Shown here piece after piece: positions 9,214 through 17,549 of a stretch of 64,000 bases of DNA. The notes under the pieces are model-generated. The model was not told the origin of the DNA. It saw only the letters and a list, made by a program, of their open reading frames with translations, and made no database searches. This DNA is from an uncultured Acidimicrobiaceae bacterium (GTDB lineage Bacteria > Actinomycetota > Acidimicrobiia > Acidimicrobiales > SZUA-35). Numbering within the stretch: position 1 is the first letter of the stretch; each line of letters opens with the position of its first letter. A program made the position numbers and the translations under genes. The stretch covers positions 1,598 to 65,597 of the forward strand of contig CAZKEM010000092.1 in NCBI GenBank assembly GCA_964551835.1. The letters run 5' to 3'.

Positions 9214-9905
9214 TCGACCTCCGACGCCGGTCTACTCGTTTCAGGTAAAGCCCCTGGGGTTTGGTTTGCGGCTGGAGCCGGCCGACTTGGCTGGGCTTTG
9301 GTCGTCGCAGGCAAACGCTTAGTTGTAGCCGGCTTAACCTTGGTCGTCGCAGGCAAACGCGTAGTTGTAGCCGGCTTGACCTTGGTCGTCGCAGGCAAAC
9401 GCGTAGTTGTAGCCGGCTTAACCTTAGTCGTCGCAGGCAAACGCGTAGTTGTTGCAGTCGTCGTCGTTGTTGCACCAGACTCACCAACCGTCGGCTGTTG
9501 TAGACCACCGACCTGAAGCTCGTCAGGCTGTTGAACTAAGGTAGTTGTTTTAGCCGTACTTCCGGGTTGGCTCTCCCGGCTAAGTTCGCCCTTCGAAGGA
9601 CCTTGCGGGCTTCGCCGATCTGAAGCGGTACGATCTTCGTCTACGCGCTCGACATCAGAATTGCGAGGAGTCGTTTCACTAGTACCCTGCTCGCGTTCTG
9701 TCACCCCGGTCCGAAGTTCCAATTCGGGGTGCGAAAGCTGGCGATACGCAACTGTCACAACTGGAACGCTCACGATTGCCCCGAGAAGGACTAGACCCAG
9801 TTTCGGGCGAACACGATCATAGAAGGCCAGGGCCATCTCGAGGTTAACGGGCACGACTATTTCCGCCCGTTCGAGACAGTCAAACAAGCGACTCTTGAGG
9901 TACAT
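9210..9905 (-). CDS. hypothetical membrane-anchored Thr/Pro-rich repeat protein
   Basis: 231 aa. N-terminal TM (LGLVLLGAIVSVPVVTVAY), then a disordered region and about 4 copies of PATTTRLPATTKVK. The repeat unit of 42 bp keeps the frame. The stop overlaps the stop of the convergent gene (cTTAg). Confidence 0.55.
   Translation of the reverse strand: MYLKSRLFDCLERAEIVVPVNLEMALAFYDRVRPKLGLVLLGAIVSVPVVTVAYRQLSHPELELRTGVTEREQGTSETTPRNSDVERVDEDRTASDRRSPQGPSKGELSRESQPGSTAKTTTLVQQPDELQVGGLQQPTVGESGATTTTTATTTRLPATTKVKPATTTRLPATTKVKPATTTRLPATTKVKPATTKRLPATTKAQPSRPAPAANQTPGALPETSRPASEVD
9300..9452. repeat. about 3.6 copies of a 42-bp tandem repeat
   Basis: Units at 9300-9341, 9342-9383 and 9384-9425, plus a partial fourth. 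Units differ by 1-3 substitutions (ggtcgtcgcaggcaaacgcKtagttgtagccggcttRacctt). Confidence 0.9.
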
Positions 9906-10149
9906 AAATGCGCTTTTTTAGACATTGATCATCCGGGAGACGCCTTTCCGCCAACAATCCTCCTCGACATGAATCCGCGCGCGGGGTAATTGGAGCATTT
10001 TTACCCAGACGCGAACTTCACCAACTGGTAACAGTCAGAACCAAACGGCTCGAGTACGATGCTTGTAGGGACATTAGATCGAGAGACCCGCAGCAACACA
10101 AGCACGTGAATTTCGTTTACGTCTCATTTGTTGCTCAGTCACCTAGGTC

Positions 10150-10186
10150 GGGACGTGGCTAATGCGCGGCGGCATAGCCACGTCCC
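10150..10186 (+). promoter_or_regulatory. perfect 12-bp stem hairpin in the fumC upstream/leader region
   Basis: gggacgtggcta - 13 nt loop - tagccacgtccc, about 140 nt upstream of the proposed fumC start. Confidence 0.4.
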
Positions 10187-10325
10187 TCCGCCGAACCATC
10201 GATTCGCAGACAGAAATCTCCATCATATTTCTTGCAGCTCGACCCGCCCTTCGGCACGACTCGGGGGTATCGTCTCGGTGTGGCTTAAGGGCGCGTCGCG
10301 CCGGAAACTTGAATGGAGCATACAG

Positions 10326-11732
10326 TTGTCTAACGTTGGCGCATTTCGGACTGAAACGGACTCGATGGGACCAATCGAGGTTCCCAGCGACCGCTATTGG
10401 GGAGCGCAGACCCAGCGAAGTATCGCGAACTTTCCGATTGGCAGAGATCGCTTTGTTTGGGGTCGCGCTGTAATCGAGGGCCTTGGTCTGCTCAAGTCCT
10501 GCGCTGCAACCGCCAACGGTGAGCTAGACCAGCTCCCCGAAGATGTCGTCGCGCTAGCCGTCGAAGCAGCTGACGAAGTCGCCGCCGGCAACCACGATGA
10601 TCACTTCCCTCTAGTCGTGTTCCAAACCGGATCAGGAACGCAGTCGAACATGAACTCCAACGAGGTAATTGCGAATCGGGCGATCGAGATCTCTGGCGGC
10701 ACCCTTGGGTCAAAGACTCCAGTTCACCCAAACGATCACGTCAACCGCGGTCAATCATCGAACGACACATTTCCTACCGCTATGCATGTCGCAACCCGCC
10801 TAGAACTCGAACGAGAACTCTTCCCAAAAGTTGGGAAACTTCGAGAGACCTTAAACGCCAAGGCCGAAGAGTACGCCGACCTTGTCAAAGTCGGTCGAAC
10901 GCACCTGCAAGACGCTACCCCAATCACCCTCGGTCAAGAAATAGGCTCATGGGTAGCACAGATCGACCAAGCTTTAGTCGGCGTCCACCAGGCCTCCGAA
11001 GGGCTATGCGAACTGGCGATCGGCGGCACGGCGGTTGGCACTGGACTCAACGCGCACCCGGAATTCGGTGATCGCGTGGCAGCCCTATTAGCTGAACGAA
11101 CCGGCCATCCGTTTACATCAGCCGAAAACAAATTCGCTGCCCTCGCGGCACACGACGCCATCGTTGCTACATCGGCATCGCTACGGACCTTAGCTGGAGT
11201 CCTTCTCAAGATGGCGAACGATGTTCGGTGGCTTGCTAGCGGGCCCCGAAATGGTATCGGGGAACTCGTTATCCCCGCTAACGAACCGGGGTCATCGATC
11301 ATGCCCGGAAAGGTAAACCCCACGCAGTGCGAGGCCATGACGATGGTTGCCGCTCAGGTGTTCGGTAATGATACTGCGGTCGCCTTTGCCGGCAGCCAAG
11401 GTAACTTCCAACTAAATGTCTTTAAACCCGTAATGGTTCACAACGTGATCGAAAGTATCCGTCTGCTCGGCGATACCTGCGTGGCCTTCAACGACAACAC
11501 AGCTGTCGGTATCGAACCTAACAGAGAGCGAATCCAACAAAACCTGGATCAGAACCTAATGCTGGTTACTGCCCTGAACCGGGCGATCGGTTACGACAAG
11601 GCCGCTGAGATCGCCAAATTTGCCCACAAGAACGGACTCAGCCTTAGAGACGCCGCTCTTAAGTTAGGGGTCACGGCAGCCGAATACGACGAGCTCGTCG
11701 TACCAATCAAGATGACAACTCCGACCAGCTAA
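10326..11732 (+). CDS. fumC: class II fumarate hydratase
   Basis: [16 protein letters not shown] signature. The N-terminus [24 protein letters not shown] matches the canonical FumC start. TTG at 10326 is preceded by GGAG 8 nt upstream. The ORF is open from 10128, but that extension looks non-coding. Confidence 0.9.
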   Translation: MSNVGAFRTETDSMGPIEVPSDRYWGAQTQRSIANFPIGRDRFVWGRAVIEGLGLLKSCAATANGELDQLPEDVVALAVEAADEVAAGNHDDHFPLVVFQTGSGTQSNMNSNEVIANRAIEISGGTLGSKTPVHPNDHVNRGQSSNDTFPTAMHVATRLELERELFPKVGKLRETLNAKAEEYADLVKVGRTHLQDATPITLGQEIGSWVAQIDQALVGVHQASEGLCELAIGGTAVGTGLNAHPEFGDRVAALLAERTGHPFTSAENKFAALAAHDAIVATSASLRTLAGVLLKMANDVRWLASGPRNGIGELVIPANEPGSSIMPGKVNPTQCEAMTMVAAQVFGNDTAVAFAGSQGNFQLNVFKPVMVHNVIESIRLLGDTCVAFNDNTAVGIEPNRERIQQNLDQNLMLVTALNRAIGYDKAAEIAKFAHKNGLSLRDAALKLGVTAAEYDELVVPIKMTTPTS

Positions 11733-11737
11733 GCGAG

Positions 11738-13555
11738 ATGGTGGTGCCAATACCTGGCGCCACCTCTAACAAATGGATTCATGTTACTAACAAATGGATT
11801 CGTGTGACCGATTGGTATGGCGTGAGTGTCAAAGCGCCTCCCGTAGAGGGCCAACAATGGTTCAACGCCGAACCCATCGTCTGGGATGAACTCCTCGGGC
11901 GTGTCGTCGTCTTGGTGTTTTGGGGCGCCGCTGACGAGGCTTCGTTGGCCAGAATCGCGCAAGTCCAAGAGCTATCCGCTTTGTATCCGAACTTGGCATC
12001 TATCGGGATTCACACTCCACGTCTTCCCTATGAGGACGATGCCGACAATGTTGCGTCAATTATCGGCCAGTACAACATCACTATCCCAATTGTCCATGAC
12101 CCTGAATATGTCACGTGGAACCGCTACAACCCTGATGGCTGGCCGACCACACTGGTCATCGATGACCGCCTGAACGCTATTGGCGTCCAGGCAGGCGTCG
12201 ACTACTTTGAAACGCTCAAGGAGGCAGTCTGGCTCGCTGTAAGCGTCGCAGACAAACGTCAAGTAGGCCAGGCTCGGCTTCCGCTCGGAACTCCTCAACT
12301 TCAGCCAGTCGACGAGTCCGGTTCACCTCTCCGTTATCCAAGCTGTGTTCGGGCGATATCTGACAACGAGCTAGTAGTCGTCGATTCGGGCCATGACCGG
12401 CTCCTAATCGCCGAGGTGAATACTGAGAACTCCACCGCTCGAGTCACTGCCACGATCGACGGGTTTGATAGTCCGGGGGCTATTGCGGTCCCCGATGACC
12501 CAAAGCATAAGGACAAACTTTTCGTTAGCGAGCCAGCAAACGGGTCGATTATAAGATACGACCGTTCGTTCGGAACGCGCTTTGTTCTCACCGACCAGCT
12601 CATACGACCGACTGGACTGTCCATGGATTATGACGGATCCTTGGTCGTGGCTGACTCCGCGTCTGAACAGTTGCTACGGATACCGAACCCCTACGCAGAC
12701 CAAGACATCCAGCTAGGCTTGATAGCCGGAAATGGGATGTCGGGAAGTGAAGACGGAACATCGACCAACGCCTCGCTGGCCCAACCAACAGCATTCGCAA
12801 GGACCGAGGTTGGTATGGTATTTTGCGACGCTGCAGCTAGCAGTCTGCGCCTCCTGACAGACAGCGGAAAAATTACAACCATTATCGGAGATGAATTTGA
12901 ATGGGGCCATGTTGACGGCCCCGCTCATCAAGCTAGATTGCAACGCCCAAGCGACTTGGCAATTTTGGGTGATGGTTCGATCATCATCGTCGATACGGGC
13001 AACGGCCGACTGAGGCGACTCTCCAAACGCCGTGTCGCTACGGTTGGACCAGAACAGCTCAACAGAGCAACCAGCGTTTGCGTGATGCCATCAGGGCACG
13101 TCATCGTCGCCGAAACAGGTTCAGACCAGCTAATTTTCATGAATTCAACGTTGAAGTCGGCCACACCGCTAGAACTCGAAGGACTAGCTGATGCCACCTC
13201 CGTTTCAATGGAGAATCCGGCAAGCTCAGAGTCGTCTTCAAACGGGCAAACGCCTCCTGGCACATCTCTCAGAGGTCTGGAAGGCGAACAGTTGGCCGTT
13301 AGCTATCCCTCGCCGTCGACGGGTCCATGGAATGTTTCGGTCCACTCAGAACCATCTACACTGCTGACCGGACCAATTTCGGTTACCAGAAACAGCTCCG
13401 CTGGCAAGGTTCAGGTCACCCTCGGTTCCGTTGGTAACGGCCAACTCATCGTCCGTTCAGACCTGATTCGCGACTCGACTGTCGCCGTATCAAAAAAATG
13501 GCAACTCGCCGTTACCGACGCCGAACAATCGGAATCATCTAACCTGAACAGTTAG
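11738..13555 (+). CDS. thioredoxin-fold (redoxin-like) domain fused to NHL-repeat beta-propeller protein
   Basis: 605 aa. The N-terminal block LLGRVVVLVFWGAADEASLARIAQVQEL...WPTTLVIDDRLNAIG resembles TlpA/AhpC-like redoxins but lacks the CxxC. It is followed by repeated NHL-like units (VVDSGHDRLL, VADSASEQLLRI, IVDTGNGRLRRL, VAETGSDQLIF). The start is uncertain; an in-frame GTG at 11804 is an alternative. Confidence 0.75.
   Translation: MVVPIPGATSNKWIHVTNKWIRVTDWYGVSVKAPPVEGQQWFNAEPIVWDELLGRVVVLVFWGAADEASLARIAQVQELSALYPNLASIGIHTPRLPYEDDADNVASIIGQYNITIPIVHDPEYVTWNRYNPDGWPTTLVIDDRLNAIGVQAGVDYFETLKEAVWLAVSVADKRQVGQARLPLGTPQLQPVDESGSPLRYPSCVRAISDNELVVVDSGHDRLLIAEVNTENSTARVTATIDGFDSPGAIAVPDDPKHKDKLFVSEPANGSIIRYDRSFGTRFVLTDQLIRPTGLSMDYDGSLVVADSASEQLLRIPNPYADQDIQLGLIAGNGMSGSEDGTSTNASLAQPTAFARTEVGMVFCDAAASSLRLLTDSGKITTIIGDEFEWGHVDGPAHQARLQRPSDLAILGDGSIIIVDTGNGRLRRLSKRRVATVGPEQLNRATSVCVMPSGHVIVAETGSDQLIFMNSTLKSATPLELEGLADATSVSMENPASSESSSNGQTPPGTSLRGLEGEQLAVSYPSPSTGPWNVSVHSEPSTLLTGPISVTRNSSAGKVQVTLGSVGNGQLIVRSDLIRDSTVAVSKKWQLAVTDAEQSESSNLNS
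11768..11809 (+). repeat. 21-bp tandem duplication (2 copies, 4 mismatches)
   Basis: aacaaatggattcatgttact / aacaaatggattcgtgtgacc, directly after the fumC stop. If translated it reads NKWIHVT-NKWIRVT. Confidence 0.85.
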
Positions 13556-14855
13556 TAAATTCGACTCCGAAGACTCCTGGTTCTGCAACTGGGCTCGACG
13601 AACGTTCTGGTTCCTCAGCCACCCAGCCGTCTACGGCAGCCGACAGTTGGGTCAAGTCTTGCTCTGATTCGACCAGCACTTGTGCTGCGACGCAGGCCCG
13701 TCCAGCATCAGACCACACGACATATGAGTCGCCTTCCCATCCGGTTGCCGCTTCAGCTCCAAACATATAGCGGACCACTATTTCGCCCAGTTTCCCGTCG
13801 TCGACAACGTCGGGACGGTCCAGGGGTTCGACAGTCACCTGTGGATCGTCTGCGTCCGACGTGTCGGGGTGGAGAATCCGTTCGGACGTTGCTGGGGGGT
13901 TCTCGAGCAACGCATCGATGTCCGCTTCTGAAGACGTCGCTTCAGTAAGAAATTTGGAGCCGTCGACATACGGGGAACTCTGAAGTTCTATTATCGCTTG
14001 TGGAAGAGCCAGGAATTTGGTGGCGTCCTCAGGGCTGAACAGGGCGCCTTGAGCCGCAAGAAATTCACCGTATTCGTCGGAGCTTAGTTCTTCAGTCCAT
14101 GCCTCGTCGACTCTGGTGGCGTTACCTTCGATGATTGCCGTGTACCCATAAGACGCCTCATCGTCTTCAAATTCTCGGCTGAGGTCGAACCACTGATCAT
14201 CCAAGGCGTGGACCAATTCATGCACGAGTACCGACTGGACGTAGACGTTCAGGTCCTCGCCGCGGAGGACGAGCCGACCATCCTCGGGATCGTAGAACCC
14301 GACAACACCCAGCGACAGAACTTCCCTGAACTCTTCATAGAGATCTGCGTCTTGATCGATCAATCCAAGACCCTTAAACGCCAACTCTGCTTCCTCCAGC
14401 TCCTCGCGCGCCTCGTCGTAGTCTTCTAGAAGCGTTGCGCTAAAGGCTTCTGACTCCATAAGCTCGACTTCGGGAAACGTCTTGAACGGTTTCTCTCTTG
14501 TGAGTTGAACGTACTCGGCAGCATCACAAATGACCTCGTTGGTCCCCTCAGGGCAGGCGAGCAATTCGAAGTCCACAGATCCTTCAGGCTCCGAAGTTGG
14601 CGGTTCGGTGCCGCCTGAAAAATCGCCGGTTACTCGAGTTGACTCGGCCACGCTCGCAGCGTCGGATTCTCGACCCCGGTACCAGGTGAACCCTACCGCG
14701 GCACCTGCGACGAGTAAGACGGCCGAAGCAATCGCTAGCCCGATAAGCACCCCATCAGGAACCCACGGTTTGTTTGAGTTTTCTTCCGGGCCAATCAAAC
14801 CCGGTGGCGGGTAATTTGGTTGGGTCGGCTGCTCGAAGGGGCCGTTTCTATCCAT
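13539..14855 (-). CDS. membrane-anchored putative zinc metallopeptidase (HExxH)
   Basis: 438 aa. N-terminal cytoplasmic Pro-rich tail, one TM (VLIGLAIASAVLLVAGAAVGF) and an acidic ectodomain with LVHELVHALDDQ. The 3' end overlaps the convergent gene by 17 nt. Confidence 0.65.
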   Translation of the reverse strand: MDRNGPFEQPTQPNYPPPGLIGPEENSNKPWVPDGVLIGLAIASAVLLVAGAAVGFTWYRGRESDAASVAESTRVTGDFSGGTEPPTSEPEGSVDFELLACPEGTNEVICDAAEYVQLTREKPFKTFPEVELMESEAFSATLLEDYDEAREELEEAELAFKGLGLIDQDADLYEEFREVLSLGVVGFYDPEDGRLVLRGEDLNVYVQSVLVHELVHALDDQWFDLSREFEDDEASYGYTAIIEGNATRVDEAWTEELSSDEYGEFLAAQGALFSPEDATKFLALPQAIIELQSSPYVDGSKFLTEATSSEADIDALLENPPATSERILHPDTSDADDPQVTVEPLDRPDVVDDGKLGEIVVRYMFGAEAATGWEGDSYVVWSDAGRACVAAQVLVESEQDLTQLSAAVDGWVAEEPERSSSPVAEPGVFGVEFTNCSG

Positions 14856-15008
14856 AAGGAACTACGGTAGCCATCATTCTACACCAATAACTAGTCAGGC
14901 TTGTTACAACCAAACATAAATCGAGAGGTCCAATCGGATTGGGAAGGTTTAAGATAGCCTTCGAAAAACATGGAACTTCTTATTCCGAACAAGGTCTGGT
15001 GAAACTCG

Positions 15009-17549
15009 ATGACAAGCGGAAACTTAGGCAACTTGGGCGATCACATTCGCCAACTTTCTCGGACGCCAAACCTTTTGGTCGCCTGCGACTACGACGGAAC
15101 CCTGGCCCCGCTCGTCGATGACCCGATGAAGGCTCATCCCAATCGTGACTCTGTTGCCGCGCTGCGGCAGCTCGCCGAGCTTTCAAACTCCCATGTCGCT
15201 GTCATATCTGGACGCAGCCTTCGGGATCTTGCGACGCTATCGCGCTTCCCAGAGGAGATCCGTCTCGTCGGCAGCCACGGTAGCGAGTTCGAGCTTGGCT
15301 TTGCATCAAAGCTAAACCCCGATCTGATCCGGCTACGAACCCAAATCACGCAGGCCATCGATGAAATCGCGAGCCGGTACGGTGCTGTCTCTGAAGAGAA
15401 GCCGACCGGGGTAACGTTCCACACGAGGAACTTCGACCAAGAAACCACCGATGCCGCAATAGCCGAAGTCCACTCTGTGGTTTCCCAATTTGACCAAATC
15501 CACACCCGAACGGGCCACGATGTAATCGAGATGTCGGTCATCGAGACCAACAAGGGCACAGCCATCGAGACCATTCGGTCACAGGTAGGGGCTTCGGCGG
15601 TACTTTTTATTGGCGACGATGTTACCGACGAAGACGGTTTCGCAGTACTAACGGGTCCGGACATTGGTGTGAAAGTAGGGCCTGCTCCAACGGCTGCCCC
15701 GTTCCGTGTAACGAGCACCGAAACGGTCGCAGAAATTCTGGCGCTTATTGCAGAGCTTCGAGGCTCCTGGCTACGTGGCGCAGGTTTAACGCCGATCGAA
15801 GATCACTCGGTTCTGTCTGACCTACGAACCGCGGCGGTACTAGCTCCCGACACCAACGTAACCTGGATGTGCGCCCCGAGGATTGATTCGGCCTCCATTT
15901 TCGCCGAACTATTGGGCGGTCCAGCGGCCGGCCACTTCAGGATCAAGCCGTCAGATGGTTCCGATGCTTTACGTCAGCGATACATCGCCAATACGATGCA
16001 TACGAAGACCGATTTCGACAAGTTCTCAGTAATAGACTTCCTTGATGTCTCTAGCGGACGTACCCGCCGCAAGGCTGGGCGCACCGACCTAATCCGGACA
16101 ATTCGAGGGTCGGGGGAAGTCCAAATCGAGTTTGCGCCACGAGTTAACTTTGGGCGGACTCCAACGCTACTAGAGGTCCGCCCTGATGGCATCGTGGTCA
16201 ACGGTGGCGCCGACCTGATGGTTCTACGCTCCGAAGGCGTCAACTGGACCGTCACGAAAGACGGCGTTCACGAGACGGCGGTTGGCACCGCTACGTTGGG
16301 CGACGACGCGCTAGTCCTTGAGCTTCGCTGCGGAAGTGGGACCCTTAAGCCTGGAGCAAAACTTGCCGTCGATCGCCAAAGTGACAGCGAAGAGTACTGG
16401 GCTAGTTGGGTCAAAAAGCTCACCCTTCCCAAGCTTCAACAAGCTCGGGTTTCGAGAAGCGCATTGGTGTTGAAGTCTCTCTGCCATGGACCGACGGGCG
16501 CTATTTTGGCGGCGGCTACAACCAGCCTGCCGGAACATATCGGCGGTGTCCGCAACTGGGACTACCGTTATTGCTGGCTTCGTGATGCCGCTCTGACCGC
16601 GGCGAGTCTGGTGCGTCTTGGTTCGAATGGCGAAGCAATGAGCTATCTCGACTGGGTCTTGCGGATCCTGGAAACAGGTAAGGAACCAGAACGACTTTCA
16701 CCTCTCTACAACGTGGCCGGCCACCATCTACCGCCAGAGGCCGAAATAGCAGAACTCCCGGGGTACGGAAGTTCCCGACCAGTCCGAATCGGAAATGCTG
16801 CCGACGGTCAGGTCCAACTCGACGTGTTCGGGCCGATAGTCGATTTAGTTCACGTGTTGCTCAACAGCGGCGAAGAACTTTCGACTGAACATTGGCGACT
16901 TGTCGAGGCCATGGTGCTGGCCGTTTCTCGTCGTTGGAAAGAGCCGGATCATGGGATTTGGGAAATCCGCAAACCGGCACGCCATCATGTGTACACCAAA
17001 GTAATGTGTTGGGTCACGGTCGATCGGGCCATCGCAATCGCCCGGGAGTTTCTTGACCGCGAACCCAAAGCATGGATTGCTTTACGTGAAGAGATCGCAA
17101 ACGACGTAACAGCTAACGGCTGGAAACCAGGCCTGAATAGCTTTACAGCAGCATACGTCGGTGACGATCTCGACGCATCGGTCTTAGCAATCGGCATGTG
17201 GGGGCTTCTCGATCCGAAAGACCCAAGGTTCGTGGCCACGGTCGAGGCGGTAGTCAAAGGTCTGCAAGACGGACCAACCGTGTACCGTTACCTCGACGAT
17301 GACGGCCTTCCGGGCAAAGAAGGCGGCTTTCACCTGATGACTACATGGCTGATCGAGTCCTTAGCGCTTATCGGCCGCACCGACGACGCAAACATGTTGT
17401 TTCAAGAATTCTGTGATCTTACTGGGGCGACCGGCTTGCTCAGCGAGGAGTTCGACCCCGAGAGCGGTCAGGCGTTGGGCAACTTGCCGCAGGCCTATTC
17501 CCATCTTGGGCTAATCAACAATGCAATCTTGCTCGAGAAACTATCGTAG
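15009..17549 (+). CDS. otsB: trehalose-6-phosphate phosphatase (HAD) fused to glycoside hydrolase family 15 (trehalase/glucoamylase-like) domain
   Basis: 846 aa. HAD motifs LLVACDYDGTL and FIGDDVTDEDGF. The GH15 N-domain reads DLRTAAVLAPDTNVTWMCAPRIDSASIFAELLG. The catalytic domain has VRNWDYRYCWLRDAA and LSEEFDPESGQALGNLPQAYSHLGLINNA. Confidence 0.85.
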   Translation: MTSGNLGNLGDHIRQLSRTPNLLVACDYDGTLAPLVDDPMKAHPNRDSVAALRQLAELSNSHVAVISGRSLRDLATLSRFPEEIRLVGSHGSEFELGFASKLNPDLIRLRTQITQAIDEIASRYGAVSEEKPTGVTFHTRNFDQETTDAAIAEVHSVVSQFDQIHTRTGHDVIEMSVIETNKGTAIETIRSQVGASAVLFIGDDVTDEDGFAVLTGPDIGVKVGPAPTAAPFRVTSTETVAEILALIAELRGSWLRGAGLTPIEDHSVLSDLRTAAVLAPDTNVTWMCAPRIDSASIFAELLGGPAAGHFRIKPSDGSDALRQRYIANTMHTKTDFDKFSVIDFLDVSSGRTRRKAGRTDLIRTIRGSGEVQIEFAPRVNFGRTPTLLEVRPDGIVVNGGADLMVLRSEGVNWTVTKDGVHETAVGTATLGDDALVLELRCGSGTLKPGAKLAVDRQSDSEEYWASWVKKLTLPKLQQARVSRSALVLKSLCHGPTGAILAAATTSLPEHIGGVRNWDYRYCWLRDAALTAASLVRLGSNGEAMSYLDWVLRILETGKEPERLSPLYNVAGHHLPPEAEIAELPGYGSSRPVRIGNAADGQVQLDVFGPIVDLVHVLLNSGEELSTEHWRLVEAMVLAVSRRWKEPDHGIWEIRKPARHHVYTKVMCWVTVDRAIAIAREFLDREPKAWIALREEIANDVTANGWKPGLNSFTAAYVGDDLDASVLAIGMWGLLDPKDPRFVATVEAVVKGLQDGPTVYRYLDDDGLPGKEGGFHLMTTWLIESLALIGRTDDANMLFQEFCDLTGATGLLSEEFDPESGQALGNLPQAYSHLGLINNAILLEKLS

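Noticed and set aside
9300-9452. Possible CRISPR array
   Set aside because: The repeats are directly abutting (no spacers), 42 bp, in-frame and coding. No cas genes are present.
9261-9516. Plus-strand ORFs through the 42-bp repeat (RRRQT.. and VVAGKR.. frames)
   Set aside because: Any frame stays open through an in-frame repeat. The minus-strand frame continues into a 231-aa protein with a TM anchor and is the only one with a plausible start and context.
10128-10325. N-terminal 66-codon extension of fumC given by the longest ORF
   Set aside because: The extension is Arg/His/Ser-rich, contains the 12-bp hairpin, and has no counterpart in FumC. TTG 10326 with an upstream GGAG reproduces the canonical N-terminus.
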